Positions 1 through 9,346 of a DNA stretch of 64,000 nucleotides are shown here, piece by piece. Each line of letters starts with the position of its first letter. Positions within the stretch are counted from its first letter, which is position 1. Both the position numbers and the translations under genes were made by a program. The stretch is from assembly GCA_965209155.1 (NCBI GenBank), contig OZ242383.1, forward strand, positions 2,048,001 to 2,112,000, in the 5' to 3' direction. The stretch comes from a bacterium. GTDB taxonomy: Bacteria > SAR324 > NAC60-12. The notes below the pieces were generated by a model, which saw nothing but the letters and a program-made list of their open reading frames with translations, did not search any database and was not told where the DNA came from.

Positions 1-709
1 GATTTATGTTTAAAGGATTCTTTGCAGCGTTATGAATCGGCTCAATTTTCTGTTGAAGAGCTTCTACCATGTCGGCGGTTTGCGGGTTGCTCCTTTTCTC
101 CAATTCATTCCTCAGCTTGGACAGCCGCTGCACTCCACCACGACCACGAAGATCGTCTAAGTCCTTCAGTTTTTCTTTCCATCCAGTAGCCCATTTAACC
201 AACTCCGCACGTTTCGCTTTCGTATCTTCCTCCTGGTCTGCATCTAGAGCCTCAAGCCGACGGGCACTCGATGCGAACGCATTGAGCGCGCAGAGCACCG
301 GTTCTGGTGCAAGTGATTTCTCTTCAATCACAGGTGTATATTCAAACTTTAAGCTTCCATCGTAGTATCGGGTCACTGTAACCTTCTCAGGTTGCTTCCT
401 GTCTTCCTCCATTAGTTTGCCAATTTCAATCCGTTGTTCTTCCGGAATTTCAAATTCAACCGAACATACAGGCCAGACCTTACCTTTCGATCCGTTGGAA
501 TTGAAATCACTCGTGTAGCGGTCGCGCGGAAATTCGCGTTGCGCATTGTAGGGTTCCGGCGTGGCAGGATTGAATTTGTGTAGCGCTTTAAGCAGCGAGG
601 TCTTTCCCGATTCGTTTCGGCCTACAAACGCCGTGACTTTCTCCAGTGCTATCCAACCGCTGTCATCGATATTGCGAAAATTTTGAACACGAAATCGGAT
701 GGCTTTCAT
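1..709 (-). CDS. ABC/AAA-family ATPase (OLD/AAA_15-like N-terminus), partial: runs off the left edge
   Basis: Not in the ORF track. Read manually from ATG at 709: MKAIRFRVQNFRNIDDSGWIALEKVTAFVGRNESGKTSLLKAL (beta strand + NFR + Walker A GRNESGKT). The frame is open to position 1 and GGAG lies upstream. Confidence 0.85.
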   Translation of the reverse strand, partial: MKAIRFRVQNFRNIDDSGWIALEKVTAFVGRNESGKTSLLKALHKFNPATPEPYNAQREFPRDRYTSDFNSNGSKGKVWPVCSVEFEIPEEQRIEIGKLMEEDRKQPEKVTVTRYYDGSLKFEYTPVIEEKSLAPEPVLCALNAFASSARRLEALDADQEEDTKAKRAELVKWATGWKEKLKDLDDLRGRGGVQRLSKLRNELEKRSNPQTADMVEALQQKIEPIHNAAKNPLNIN

Positions 710-750
710 ACGTGATCTCCAGTGTTAAGGTTTACAACCCCGTCCATTGG

Positions 751-2088
751 CTATGGCGCATCAGCTTTGTCAGGCAATTTAGCCGCCGCTTCGCGCACAT
801 CGAGCTTACCTGTGACTACATCGGCGATCAAACGGGTGCGATATTCACTCAGCAACTTGTTCTGGCGGAGGACATGGTCTATGGTAGTGTCAAAATCAAT
901 CATTGCTTTGTCAAGATACTCTGTAATGGCCTCCTGCTCAGGGAGGGGTGGAACATTAAGTGCGAAATCAGCCAGTCTCACCCGGGAGAGTTCCGTGAAT
1001 GTGCTACCTTGCCCCAATGACTGCAACTCAGATCGAACAACGCTTAACTCATAATAGAGATATTCAGATTTTATGGCTTTTTTTGGAACTAGCAATCTGC
1101 ATCCTTGGTTTACACACGCTGAGACAAGCAAAATACCAATATGTCCAATCGGTGCGCGTGTAGAAAGAGCTATACTTCCTGCCGGAGCAAGAGTAGTTCC
1201 GCAAGCATGATAGCCCTCGTTTGTAATCTGCCGCACACCCCCTTTGATATATCGGTTTGTTAGCTGGCCTAAATCCTCTGGAGTAAGCCAAGCGATCGAT
1301 CCGTCCCAGAATTTCGGATTGTCGCTCGTAGGCGTTGCTCCGTTGATTATCTTAACAATAGAACGAAGTCGTCGCACTTCCCAATGGGCTGGCATGTCGC
1401 CGAGCCACTCGACTCCAGACGGTTTGAGGCGGACGTTGGGATCGAGACCCCGGATGACGGCACGGTGAATGAGGGCATGCTTCTGCTCTTCCAGCAGCTG
1501 CACCAGCTTCTTCCGTGCGCTGATGTACCGGCGGATACGCCCGTCGACATAATCTAGGTAACGAACGATAGCCGCCTGCTCGTTGTGGGGAGGGAAGGGA
1601 AATGGTGCAGCAAGAAACGCTTCGTCTGTCAATTGGAGTCGTGAAATCCAAATTCCCTTTGAGCGTACTTGGAGTTCCCATTGAAATGGAAAAGACCGGA
1701 CTAAATTGTGGATATACTGAGGGTTGATTCCGATCTTTGGCAATAAACGATATACTCCGTAAGCAGAGCTAATGATTCCGTGATACTTCGATACTCCCAA
1801 TCCCTGAGCCCAAGACCACAGACTGTTGATTACCAAATCTCCAGGCCAACAAAGCTTATATCCCACATATGATTCTGCTTTGAACATCGTTACATTAATA
1901 GAGGATCTAGGTACAATTCCTTTTTCAGATGAAACAGCTAATAACTCTTCAGTCCCAGTCTTGGAACGGATATCAACTAATTGGAATATTGTTTTACCCC
2001 TGCGAAGTTTCCAATGCACTGGCACGTCGCCGAGCCACTCGACTTCGGAAGGCTTGTAGACGGTGTAAGGTTTCAGAATAGAAGCCAT
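751..2088 (-). CDS. hsdS: Type I restriction-modification specificity subunit
   Basis: Two repeated conserved regions (KPSEVEWLGDVPVHW / KPSGVEWLGDMPAHW), two PPxxEQxAI motifs, C-terminal EYRTRLIADVVTGKLDVR, two variable TRDs. Confidence 0.95.
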   Translation of the reverse strand: MASILKPYTVYKPSEVEWLGDVPVHWKLRRGKTIFQLVDIRSKTGTEELLAVSSEKGIVPRSSINVTMFKAESYVGYKLCWPGDLVINSLWSWAQGLGVSKYHGIISSAYGVYRLLPKIGINPQYIHNLVRSFPFQWELQVRSKGIWISRLQLTDEAFLAAPFPFPPHNEQAAIVRYLDYVDGRIRRYISARKKLVQLLEEQKHALIHRAVIRGLDPNVRLKPSGVEWLGDMPAHWEVRRLRSIVKIINGATPTSDNPKFWDGSIAWLTPEDLGQLTNRYIKGGVRQITNEGYHACGTTLAPAGSIALSTRAPIGHIGILLVSACVNQGCRLLVPKKAIKSEYLYYELSVVRSELQSLGQGSTFTELSRVRLADFALNVPPLPEQEAITEYLDKAMIDFDTTIDHVLRQNKLLSEYRTRLIADVVTGKLDVREAAAKLPDKADAP

Positions 2089-2128
2089 GATTTTTTCTCA
2101 TTAACTTTTAAGTCTTTTACTCACTTTT

Positions 2129-2764
2129 TTAAGGAAGGTCGTACAATTCGCCCACTTGCGCAAAAAATCGCATTTGTCCACCGTAGCTAGGATGACGTAC
2201 TTGAACCACGTTTTGCCGGTTAGCCAATCGGTGTGCTGTTTGCGCCGCATCATTACCGATTGCGATCAGTCGTTGGGGCCTTAGGAGGTGTATGAGTTCA
2301 ACGAGAAATTCCTCTCCCGCCCTTCGTTCCAGAGAATTGTGACGTCGATTGCTGAATGGATTTTCAAATTTATGAGGATGTAATGGAAAGATGTTCCAGA
2401 GAAAAATGGACTCTTTGATTCGTGAAACGACCTTCCAAGTGACGGCAGCAGTCTGTTCGGCGACGATGTCGCCCTTCGTAGGCCGCTCCACTGACAGCTT
2501 CCACCGTTTGGTGTGATCATGGAAATGCGCATCGTCTGTCAAAGCAAGCCCTGTTCGTCTGCCGCCACGATAACCAAGATCACGTCCGATCCATATGGAA
2601 TCTATATCCTCTTTTGCTGCCCTTTCAAGTATTCTAAGCAATGTTTGTGAACGGCGTTGTGGCGCGTCTTCTCGGTCGTGAACAACACATCGATTCGAAT
2701 AGGGGTTAAACGTGTGTTCAAAATTCAACTCACTCAGTCCCTGTACATATAGAGTGGGGTTCAT
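2129..2764 (-). CDS. Uracil-DNA glycosylase superfamily protein (divergent UDG-like)
   Basis: Motifs WIGRDLGYRGGRRTGLALTD, WNIFPLHPH, LIAIGN and VRHPSYGG (the HPS motif of the UDG superfamily). Confidence 0.85.
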   Translation of the reverse strand: MNPTLYVQGLSELNFEHTFNPYSNRCVVHDREDAPQRRSQTLLRILERAAKEDIDSIWIGRDLGYRGGRRTGLALTDDAHFHDHTKRWKLSVERPTKGDIVAEQTAAVTWKVVSRIKESIFLWNIFPLHPHKFENPFSNRRHNSLERRAGEEFLVELIHLLRPQRLIAIGNDAAQTAHRLANRQNVVQVRHPSYGGQMRFFAQVGELYDLP

Positions 2765-3893
2765 GCTCTACTCCTATGATCGACTTGTACTTGATGGTAC
2801 GAGACTTTCGGTCACCAACCACAATTCCACTGTTATTATCTCGTACCAGTCTGAAGACTTCATATCCTTCCAGAATGGCCTGCTCCCATAGGCTAAGAGG
2901 ACAATTTTCCACTTCGTATCCCTGTACAAACTGTTGCACGGTTTTCAGTAAATCAAATGAGACCCTGTTCTGTCCTTCAAAAAAATTTAGGTGTTTAGCG
3001 CGTGAAAAAATCCATGCGGTCAATCCTTCCTCAATAACAATCGCACGACCACCATCCTGAGCCTCATCGATCTTTGGATCACTCTTGCGCTTCTGTTTTA
3101 TCAGTGCCCGAAAGGTAGGAGACCAGTGAAGAATGGCGGTATACGCGAAATGAAATACATCATGGAATCGATAGCCATCAGGGTCAAGAATGCTATCTGT
3201 GAGTGGATCTCCGATAAAAACGTCATTCCACTGCAGATAAATTTGTCCACTTTTTCGCTGGGTGATTTTGATTTCGAAATGCAAGGGAAGCCTCTCCTCT
3301 TCTGGAAAATCACTGTCGAATGTTGGCATGACTGACGCCTCGGGATCAAGAAAACGTCCGCATGTCTTTTCGATGTTCATACGGATGACTTTAGAAAAGC
3401 AAACACCTGCTGCCTGAAGCGCTTGCAAGTAAGAATCTGCAAACGAACACAGTAAATTATGGCTTTGTGGGTCCAAGGTCTTGATACCGAGCAACGCCGC
3501 GGTCGCCTCTCCCAGATTCAGGAGGGTCTCGTTGGACGGAAGCAACGGATCAGACGACGAGACGTGAGAAATCGAGCCATCCAAGCGATCGCTCGCGACG
3601 ATACTCTTACTGTATCCGTCTTGACTCAATGCTTCGGAGAGGATGGTGTCAACACTAATACCAAGACGTCGGCACAATGTCGTAAAGTACCATAGCGCAT
3701 CGCCAAACTCCTCCTCCACCGCATGCTGGTAGGCATACGCAGTTTTTTCCCGTAGAAATTTCTTGACGGTTGACATGATGCTCCCAACTTCGCCAAATAA
3801 CCCCATGAGGACAGGATACAGATTGTCTTGAGGAAGTTTATCGGTAGGCTTTATCGTTTGTGTATAGTCACACAGAAGTATTGAACCTTTCAA
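2730..3893 (-). CDS. MazG-like NTP pyrophosphohydrolase fused to a MazG_C domain
   Basis: MazG acidic motifs GLFGEVGS and EEEFGDALWY; C-terminal DGYRFHDVFH matches the DxYRxHDxxH motif of MazG_C. Start reassigned to TTG at 3893 (AAGGGA upstream) because the track start overlaps the upstream gene. Confidence 0.85.
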   Translation of the reverse strand: MKGSILLCDYTQTIKPTDKLPQDNLYPVLMGLFGEVGSIMSTVKKFLREKTAYAYQHAVEEEFGDALWYFTTLCRRLGISVDTILSEALSQDGYSKSIVASDRLDGSISHVSSSDPLLPSNETLLNLGEATAALLGIKTLDPQSHNLLCSFADSYLQALQAAGVCFSKVIRMNIEKTCGRFLDPEASVMPTFDSDFPEEERLPLHFEIKITQRKSGQIYLQWNDVFIGDPLTDSILDPDGYRFHDVFHFAYTAILHWSPTFRALIKQKRKSDPKIDEAQDGGRAIVIEEGLTAWIFSRAKHLNFFEGQNRVSFDLLKTVQQFVQGYEVENCPLSLWEQAILEGYEVFRLVRDNNSGIVVGDRKSRTIKYKSIIGVEHEPHSICTGTE

Positions 3894-3919
3894 TTTTTCC
3901 CTTATCCATGGATGACGAA

Positions 3920-4534
3920 TTAGTGTTTCTGGTCTCTCAACCAGTCTGACGGTGCTCCGAGGAAACCGTTTACTTGCTGAGATTGGATCCATATGACAAA
4001 GTCCTTGACCAGTTCCTCCGGAAACCGGCATTTATAGCCTCGTAAAGCGCAAATATCGTATCCGTTGTAGTTCCTAAATTTTTGCGGTATTTGAAGTCCG
4101 CAACAACCCCAATACGAATAGTCTGTACTGAGCAATACTCTATCCGTTTGGGTATCGAGGCAAATATTATGCGGGTTAGGTAAACCACCCTTATAGCTGT
4201 GATGAGAATCCTTTTGCTGCCATTGACCGGCTTCATTCTTAAAATAAATGTTGTCTCCGAAAGCCTGTTTGTTGCTTCCTCGCAAGTTCGGTTTTTTTCT
4301 TTGAAACCGCGCGCCTGACCAATATTCATTGAATGTCATTGTTTCCGTTATGCGCATGCAATAAACGAGATTACCTTTTTGTCCTTTTGGACTGCTGCCG
4401 GTACCAATGACCCAGTCTCCTACAGAGCTATTCCGTCGAATGCCTGGCTTGCACGTAGCTAACGTACATACTCCAAAAAATGGATTAGGCGCAAAGCCAT
4501 AATCCCTAGCGACAACATATGAATACAATTTCAA
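3920..4534 (-). CDS. Nmad2-like (nucleotide-modification-associated domain 2) protein
   Basis: N-terminal LYSYVVARDYGFAPNPFFGVCTLATCKPGIR, GDWVIG, GDNIY and DRVLLS motifs; TTG start with GAGG RBS. Confidence 0.8.
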   Translation of the reverse strand: MKLYSYVVARDYGFAPNPFFGVCTLATCKPGIRRNSSVGDWVIGTGSSPKGQKGNLVYCMRITETMTFNEYWSGARFQRKKPNLRGSNKQAFGDNIYFKNEAGQWQQKDSHHSYKGGLPNPHNICLDTQTDRVLLSTDYSYWGCCGLQIPQKFRNYNGYDICALRGYKCRFPEELVKDFVIWIQSQQVNGFLGAPSDWLRDQKH

Positions 4535-4543
4535 CGCTTTCCT

Positions 4544-5020
4544 CTAATTACAACTATACCGTTTAATGTCTTGTTTGGCACGTTGAGTGCCATCCGCATT
4601 TTCCCAATTGTCGATTTTTCCATTTATCGCATCGATGATACGATTACCCGTCCAACCTACAACAGCGTCGGCATATTTTTGCAAAGCTTCCGGGACTTCA
4701 CATTCGTTTTCTCCATGTGCCCAGACTCCCACAATTCGTTTGTTTTGTTTCTGAGCATAATCAATTTCCCAGTTGACGTATTCACTGTCCTTGGTTTCGG
4801 GAGAAATATAAACAAGCAATGTGCTTGATTGTTGAATGCGCGGTGCAAGAATCTGAGATTTGATGTATTTTTCTGAATGCGCATTGTTAGGATTGTCCGC
4901 ATTGATTGAGTAGTCTCGGATGGTCATTCCGTTATCCTTCAACAGACTCTTGAGCTTCCCAAGACCCTCATCATCTTCGTGAATATGACTTATGAAGATG
5001 TTTTTCGTTTTACCAGCCAT
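4544..5020 (-). CDS. TIR-domain protein (ThsB/DUF1863-like)
   Basis: IFISH...D start, SSTLLVYIS, YVNWEI with the catalytic Glu, KRIVGV. Confidence 0.85.
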   Translation of the reverse strand: MAGKTKNIFISHIHEDDEGLGKLKSLLKDNGMTIRDYSINADNPNNAHSEKYIKSQILAPRIQQSSTLLVYISPETKDSEYVNWEIDYAQKQNKRIVGVWAHGENECEVPEALQKYADAVVGWTGNRIIDAINGKIDNWENADGTQRAKQDIKRYSCN

Positions 5021-5038
5021 TGCTATATACTCCTAATT

Positions 5039-5521
5039 TCATTCAATTGTAGTTCGTTCTAAATCGGTCAAATCTTCCACGCCGGCAATCTTCGAAAGCA
5101 TGCGGTTGTAGTTGCGTAAATCCTCTTGCAGAATTTCCAGTTCTTCACGAAATTCCTTGCGCTTGCGCTCCTTCCGGAAAGCGCCTGCCAGACTCTCTTT
5201 GTGCCATTTGGCGGTGAAGGGACGCACTACCTGATTCAAGACGGGTATGGCAACCTTGCTGAATTGTATCGTTCCTCGCCCACGCTGGCGTAAGATCTCC
5301 CGGGTTGTCGAAAAAAGTGAATAAACGCTTTCGAGAGCCGTCTGCTCGTCTCCTGCTTCGGAAGGCAAGGGTTGGGTGACGATCCTGGTCAGCATTTCAA
5401 TATACAACTCCCAAGCCGCATCCTGGTCGCTCGATTCAAATGAAATTTCGGCGTCGACCAACTTCAAATTCAACTTTATTTTCTCCAAATGGCAATTATT
5501 GAAGAGTGTTCCTAATTTCAT
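5039..5521 (-). CDS. Conserved-looking alpha-helical hypothetical protein (TIR partner)
   Basis: 160-aa ORF 18 bp upstream of the TIR gene; motifs AAWELYIEMLTR and VLNQVVRPFTAKWH; its 3' end is duplicated in front of the second TIR gene. Confidence 0.8.
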   Translation of the reverse strand: MKLGTLFNNCHLEKIKLNLKLVDAEISFESSDQDAAWELYIEMLTRIVTQPLPSEAGDEQTALESVYSLFSTTREILRQRGRGTIQFSKVAIPVLNQVVRPFTAKWHKESLAGAFRKERKRKEFREELEILQEDLRNYNRMLSKIAGVEDLTDLERTTIE

Positions 5522-5609
5522 TAATGTATCCTGTTTTATTGTGAATCGAAAGGAGCGGGTGGTTACAGACTTTCCTTAGGAGGGTGAAGGATTGAGATTG
5601 GTAGTCAAT

Positions 5610-7640
5610 CTATTCTTCTCTGTATGAGCGTATTTTTGCAATCAACTGTTGTAATTTGCTAACCGACTCGGACGCTTCGATGAATTTAGAGTAAGCTGAG
5701 AAAGCATTGTCAATTAGTTCATCGTAAGTGATGACTTTGATAGAATATACTCTCAAAGACTCCTCATCTCGCTTTCTGGTATCCAAATTTTTCCATCCCC
5801 GAGGTAATTTGCCAACAATGCAAATGGATTCAATAGGATACTGACTCTCCCTAGCATTCTTTTTTAACTCGTCTTCGAGCGCATCGATGTATTGCCGCAC
5901 TTGTGATTCGATTTCAGTTTTACTTAATATCCTTGAATATCTTTTCAATTCAATAATGACATGCGCAGCTGCGACTCTACGATACCTGATATCGAGTCTG
6001 ACGGTATCCTTCTTTGAGGCAACACCATCTACTACTGCTTGAAGACGTTCTTCCATATGGACATAACGGGTTGCACGGTCCCATGCGGGATCAAGAAGCC
6101 ACAAGTGATCAAAAATATACTTTTGTAATACCTTCTCTAAAGCGTTTTCCTCAATTTTACCACGGAATTGACTGATGACTTCGAGTCTCTCTTGAACTAT
6201 CTCGTGATAAAGCGCAGCCTCAATAGCATCGACATCAGATAGATAGCTAAGAAATTCTTCTACGTTGGACGCATTGATGGTTTCCAATTTTTCCAGAGCG
6301 CGGTTCATTTTTAGCGTTTCAAAGGCCAGGATTCCATTAGCGTATAGATCATGTTTATGCGTCTCATCAACGCCTGCTTGATCAATAACGGCAAATATTT
6401 TCTTCGCTGATTCTTGCAAGTGGCGAGGTCGCAATTCATCATACCACTCCTTAACATAGGGGTTTGATGACAGGGCCATATCCAACCCTTTCTTTTCCTT
6501 GAGCTTGTTGGTTTCCGTCCAAATGTACCGGAGTTCTCTTCCTAAGAAATTCTTGACTGCGAGATAACGCGGGTCGTCCTCGGAAATCCTTTGGCGGCTG
6601 GAAGTGGCGATGTCTTGCTCATCGTCGTCGTCGAGGAAGTCGGCTTGAATTTCACCATAGATGTATTTGGTGATCATTCCACCGAGACGATATTCCTGTA
6701 GAATGTCCTCTTGAGCCACTTTTCCCCGCACGACAATCGTGATTTTGTTCAGATTATCGTCTTGTTCGTTGCCGCCCTGCTTCCTGTCGTCTAGATCGTT
6801 GGAGCGACGGGCGATGGCAATCCAACCACTGATCTCGTATTTGCCCTCCCCGGAGGCGTTGCCCTCTGAATCAAAGCGATTGTTTCGGGTATAGAACAAC
6901 TTTTCGCCATTGTCTTTGTCCAAATTATTACAGTATCGGGCATAATCGTAATCCCCGTATTGGAAAAGGAATCGCGCTTTGTGAAAATAATCTCGATCCG
7001 CAAAAGTTATCTCTCCGTCATTAACAAAGACTTGAAAATCCGCTGGATCGCCGATAATACTGAATCTCCGGGCAATTCTTTTTTTGAGGCCCTTTATTGA
7101 AGCTCGCGTCAGTCGTAGTTTCTTCAAATCCGTAATTTTAATTACGGTCCCCTGTGATGGAATATCCACATCGAAGGGGATGGGTTCCGGATCATATTGT
7201 TGTGGAGTAGATGGATCTTCGCTTTGTATCGCTTCCTTGATTTTTTCGGAGTCCATTAAAAATGATTCTTTCCCACTACTTTCTTTACGGCTATAGACAG
7301 AGATTTTGTTTGCGATGGAGAACAAAGAGAGTTTCCCAATGCCTTTTCTACCCATCGGTTTTCTACCGCCGGGCGTGCGGAAGTCGGGCTTGTTCCTTTT
7401 CTGGTATCCGACAAGTAGATACTTGTCATTGATGTCAGTCCGATCCATTCCATGACCATTATCGGAAACCGTAATCGTTTTTCCCTCAACGTTGAAATCA
7501 ATCTTGACCTCAGTCGCATCGGCGTCCCAAGCGTTGGCAATCACTTCCGCGATCACTGCCGGGGTATTGCTATACAGGTTGAGTCCCAGGTGGTTGAGTA
7601 CATTCAAACTGATGGTCATTCTATACTTGCTAGCGGACAT
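5610..7640 (-). CDS. GHKL (HATPase_c/MORC-like) ATPase with C-terminal PD-(D/E)xK-like nuclease; probable restriction enzyme (HgiDII/BbrUII-like architecture)
   Basis: GHKL motifs EVIANAWDADA, DNGHGM and GRKGIGKLS; C-terminal RLDI...IIELKR. Start reassigned to ATG 7640, overlapping the MTase stop. Confidence 0.8.
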   Translation of the reverse strand: MSASKYRMTISLNVLNHLGLNLYSNTPAVIAEVIANAWDADATEVKIDFNVEGKTITVSDNGHGMDRTDINDKYLLVGYQKRNKPDFRTPGGRKPMGRKGIGKLSLFSIANKISVYSRKESSGKESFLMDSEKIKEAIQSEDPSTPQQYDPEPIPFDVDIPSQGTVIKITDLKKLRLTRASIKGLKKRIARRFSIIGDPADFQVFVNDGEITFADRDYFHKARFLFQYGDYDYARYCNNLDKDNGEKLFYTRNNRFDSEGNASGEGKYEISGWIAIARRSNDLDDRKQGGNEQDDNLNKITIVVRGKVAQEDILQEYRLGGMITKYIYGEIQADFLDDDDEQDIATSSRQRISEDDPRYLAVKNFLGRELRYIWTETNKLKEKKGLDMALSSNPYVKEWYDELRPRHLQESAKKIFAVIDQAGVDETHKHDLYANGILAFETLKMNRALEKLETINASNVEEFLSYLSDVDAIEAALYHEIVQERLEVISQFRGKIEENALEKVLQKYIFDHLWLLDPAWDRATRYVHMEERLQAVVDGVASKKDTVRLDIRYRRVAAAHVIIELKRYSRILSKTEIESQVRQYIDALEDELKKNARESQYPIESICIVGKLPRGWKNLDTRKRDEESLRVYSIKVITYDELIDNAFSAYSKFIEASESVSKLQQLIAKIRSYREE

Positions 7641-8673
7641 TCGCTCCCTTGATGATGGATTGACCAATCGCTTCAGCGAGTTTGACCGGCACCGCGTTGC
7701 CAATTTGCCGTGCCATTTTGCAAATGATGAGTGGTTTGCCTTGCTCGGTGAGTTTATACTTGCGGGGAAAAGTTTGCAGCAGAGCCGCTTCACGAACGGA
7801 AATTGTCCGATTTTGTTCAGGGTGTCCAAACCGTCCCGTACTGTAGTAGCAAAATTGCGTGGTAATCGTGGGAGCCAAAGCATCCCAGCGCATTCTTCCG
7901 TAGGATGCCGGATAATATGCCTTCCGGTGACATTCATTGATGATGTCCTTATCCCAATCCTTCCAGCTTCCACCTGGTTTTGACTGGAGAATCCGTTGGC
8001 GATTTAGAGGGGATAATGAAAGCGTAGCGTGAGCCGGATCAACCGGCGAAATCTGTCCGTCCCTAAGATTTGGTAAATTTTGGATGAAGTCAGCGACGAT
8101 TGTCTTCTCCCTTGTCGGATTCGGAAGAGAGATCTCACCCAATCTGGATGCCACCAGCACCAGACGTTTCCTGTTTTGTGGAACGCCGTAATCCGCGCAT
8201 GATAAAATATCATAATCACACTTGTAACCCAGGTCATTCAACACGGCCAGCATCTGATTAAATATCTTGTACTTGGCGAGATCCGGAACATTCTCCATCG
8301 AGATCAGGTCGGGAGTTCCTTCTTGAACAAGGCTGGCGAATTTACCGACCAACGAGTAGTTTTCCGCTTCGGAATATGGCGTCTTCCGGGTATGAGCCGA
8401 AAAGGGCTGGCAAGGGGCGCAACCGACCATCACCGTGATATCCGCGCTTTTAAAATATGGTTCAATATCCCTGAATCGAAGGTTATGAACATCGATTGCC
8501 ACAAATTCGGACTGAGGGTTGTTCGTCTCGTACGCATAACGGCAAGACGGGTCCACGTCAAAACCCGCCTTGACATCTATGCCAGATAAACCGAGTCCAT
8601 GAGTCAATCCGCCGATCCCGCAAAAGAGATCTACCGCGTGAACTTTCCGCAATCCATTATTTTTTACATTCAA
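7630..8673 (-). CDS. dcm: DNA (cytosine-5)-methyltransferase
   Basis: Motif I DLFCGIGG, motif IV GCAPCQPFS, motif VI ENV, motif VIII QNRKR, motif X IGNAVP. Confidence 0.95.
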   Translation of the reverse strand: MNVKNNGLRKVHAVDLFCGIGGLTHGLGLSGIDVKAGFDVDPSCRYAYETNNPQSEFVAIDVHNLRFRDIEPYFKSADITVMVGCAPCQPFSAHTRKTPYSEAENYSLVGKFASLVQEGTPDLISMENVPDLAKYKIFNQMLAVLNDLGYKCDYDILSCADYGVPQNRKRLVLVASRLGEISLPNPTREKTIVADFIQNLPNLRDGQISPVDPAHATLSLSPLNRQRILQSKPGGSWKDWDKDIINECHRKAYYPASYGRMRWDALAPTITTQFCYYSTGRFGHPEQNRTISVREAALLQTFPRKYKLTEQGKPLIICKMARQIGNAVPVKLAEAIGQSIIKGANVR

Positions 8674-8729
8674 TTCTTTCCTTTACCAATAGACTACCCA
8701 GGCCACTGCTTACGCCAATTTACGCTATC

Positions 8730-8950
8730 TTACCTGAGTTCGACATAAATCTTCAATAATACGAGTATCCTGGTGTCTACGTCATCCTCTCTAAACTTGT
8801 CCCTGCGAAAACAGGGACCGACGATCCAGATTTCTGTATGGCTGCATACCTCTGGATTCCTGCTTTCGCAGGAATGACAAGGCTTCTCTAAGATATAGAA
8901 GATTCCATAACACATTGAATTTATTAAATGCTAATCTCGAACCCAAGTTA
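8730..8950. mobile_element. MITE-like non-coding element with an internal REP-like hairpin pair (complete copy)
   Basis: Imperfect terminal inverted repeats TTACCTGAGTTCGACAT / ATCTCGAACCCAAGTTA; internal GTCATCCTC...CCCTGCGAAAACAGGG and GGATTCCTGCTTTCGCAGGAATGAC; partial copies at 10577 and 56737. Confidence 0.7.
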
Positions 8951-9346
8951 TCTACAAAGTCGCCTAACAAGTCCTGGGGCTACTGTTCCGCATCATTTGA
9001 CTTTCAGATCAGCATTTGGGAATTTTATGTCATTTGTCGCTGACGTTAAGACTAGCTGATCACTAAAGAAGCGAGACCCGATTTTATTGTATTGTATCAT
9101 GGATTCGCAAAGCCAGTCATCATATTGAAATGCGCTTGGTTTCTCTTCCTTTGAGATTTTTCTATCTTTTTTGATTCATTCAGACAACTGTTTTCTATTT
9201 CGGTTGTGGCTTCAGTACATAGCGCGCTTCTCGAAGAGCAATACCGTGTCTGGAGAATCACGGCGTTTCCTTCCTCGTGAGTGGGTCAGGTAACGTCATT
9301 CGACTGACCCGGTTATAGAATTCATGGATTTTAAAAGTGAGTTGAA

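Noticed and set aside
1381..2050. hsdS shufflon / invertible TRDs
   Set aside because: The repeats are the normal direct conserved regions of a single hsdS; there are no inverted copies, silent TRDs or recombinase.
3894..4031. N-terminal extension of the MazG ORF
   Set aside because: It overlaps the Nmad2 gene; TTG at 3893 has an RBS.
7641..7973. N-terminal extension of the GHKL ATPase in the ORF track
   Set aside because: It overlaps the dcm coding region; the ATG at 7640 gives a normal coupled start.
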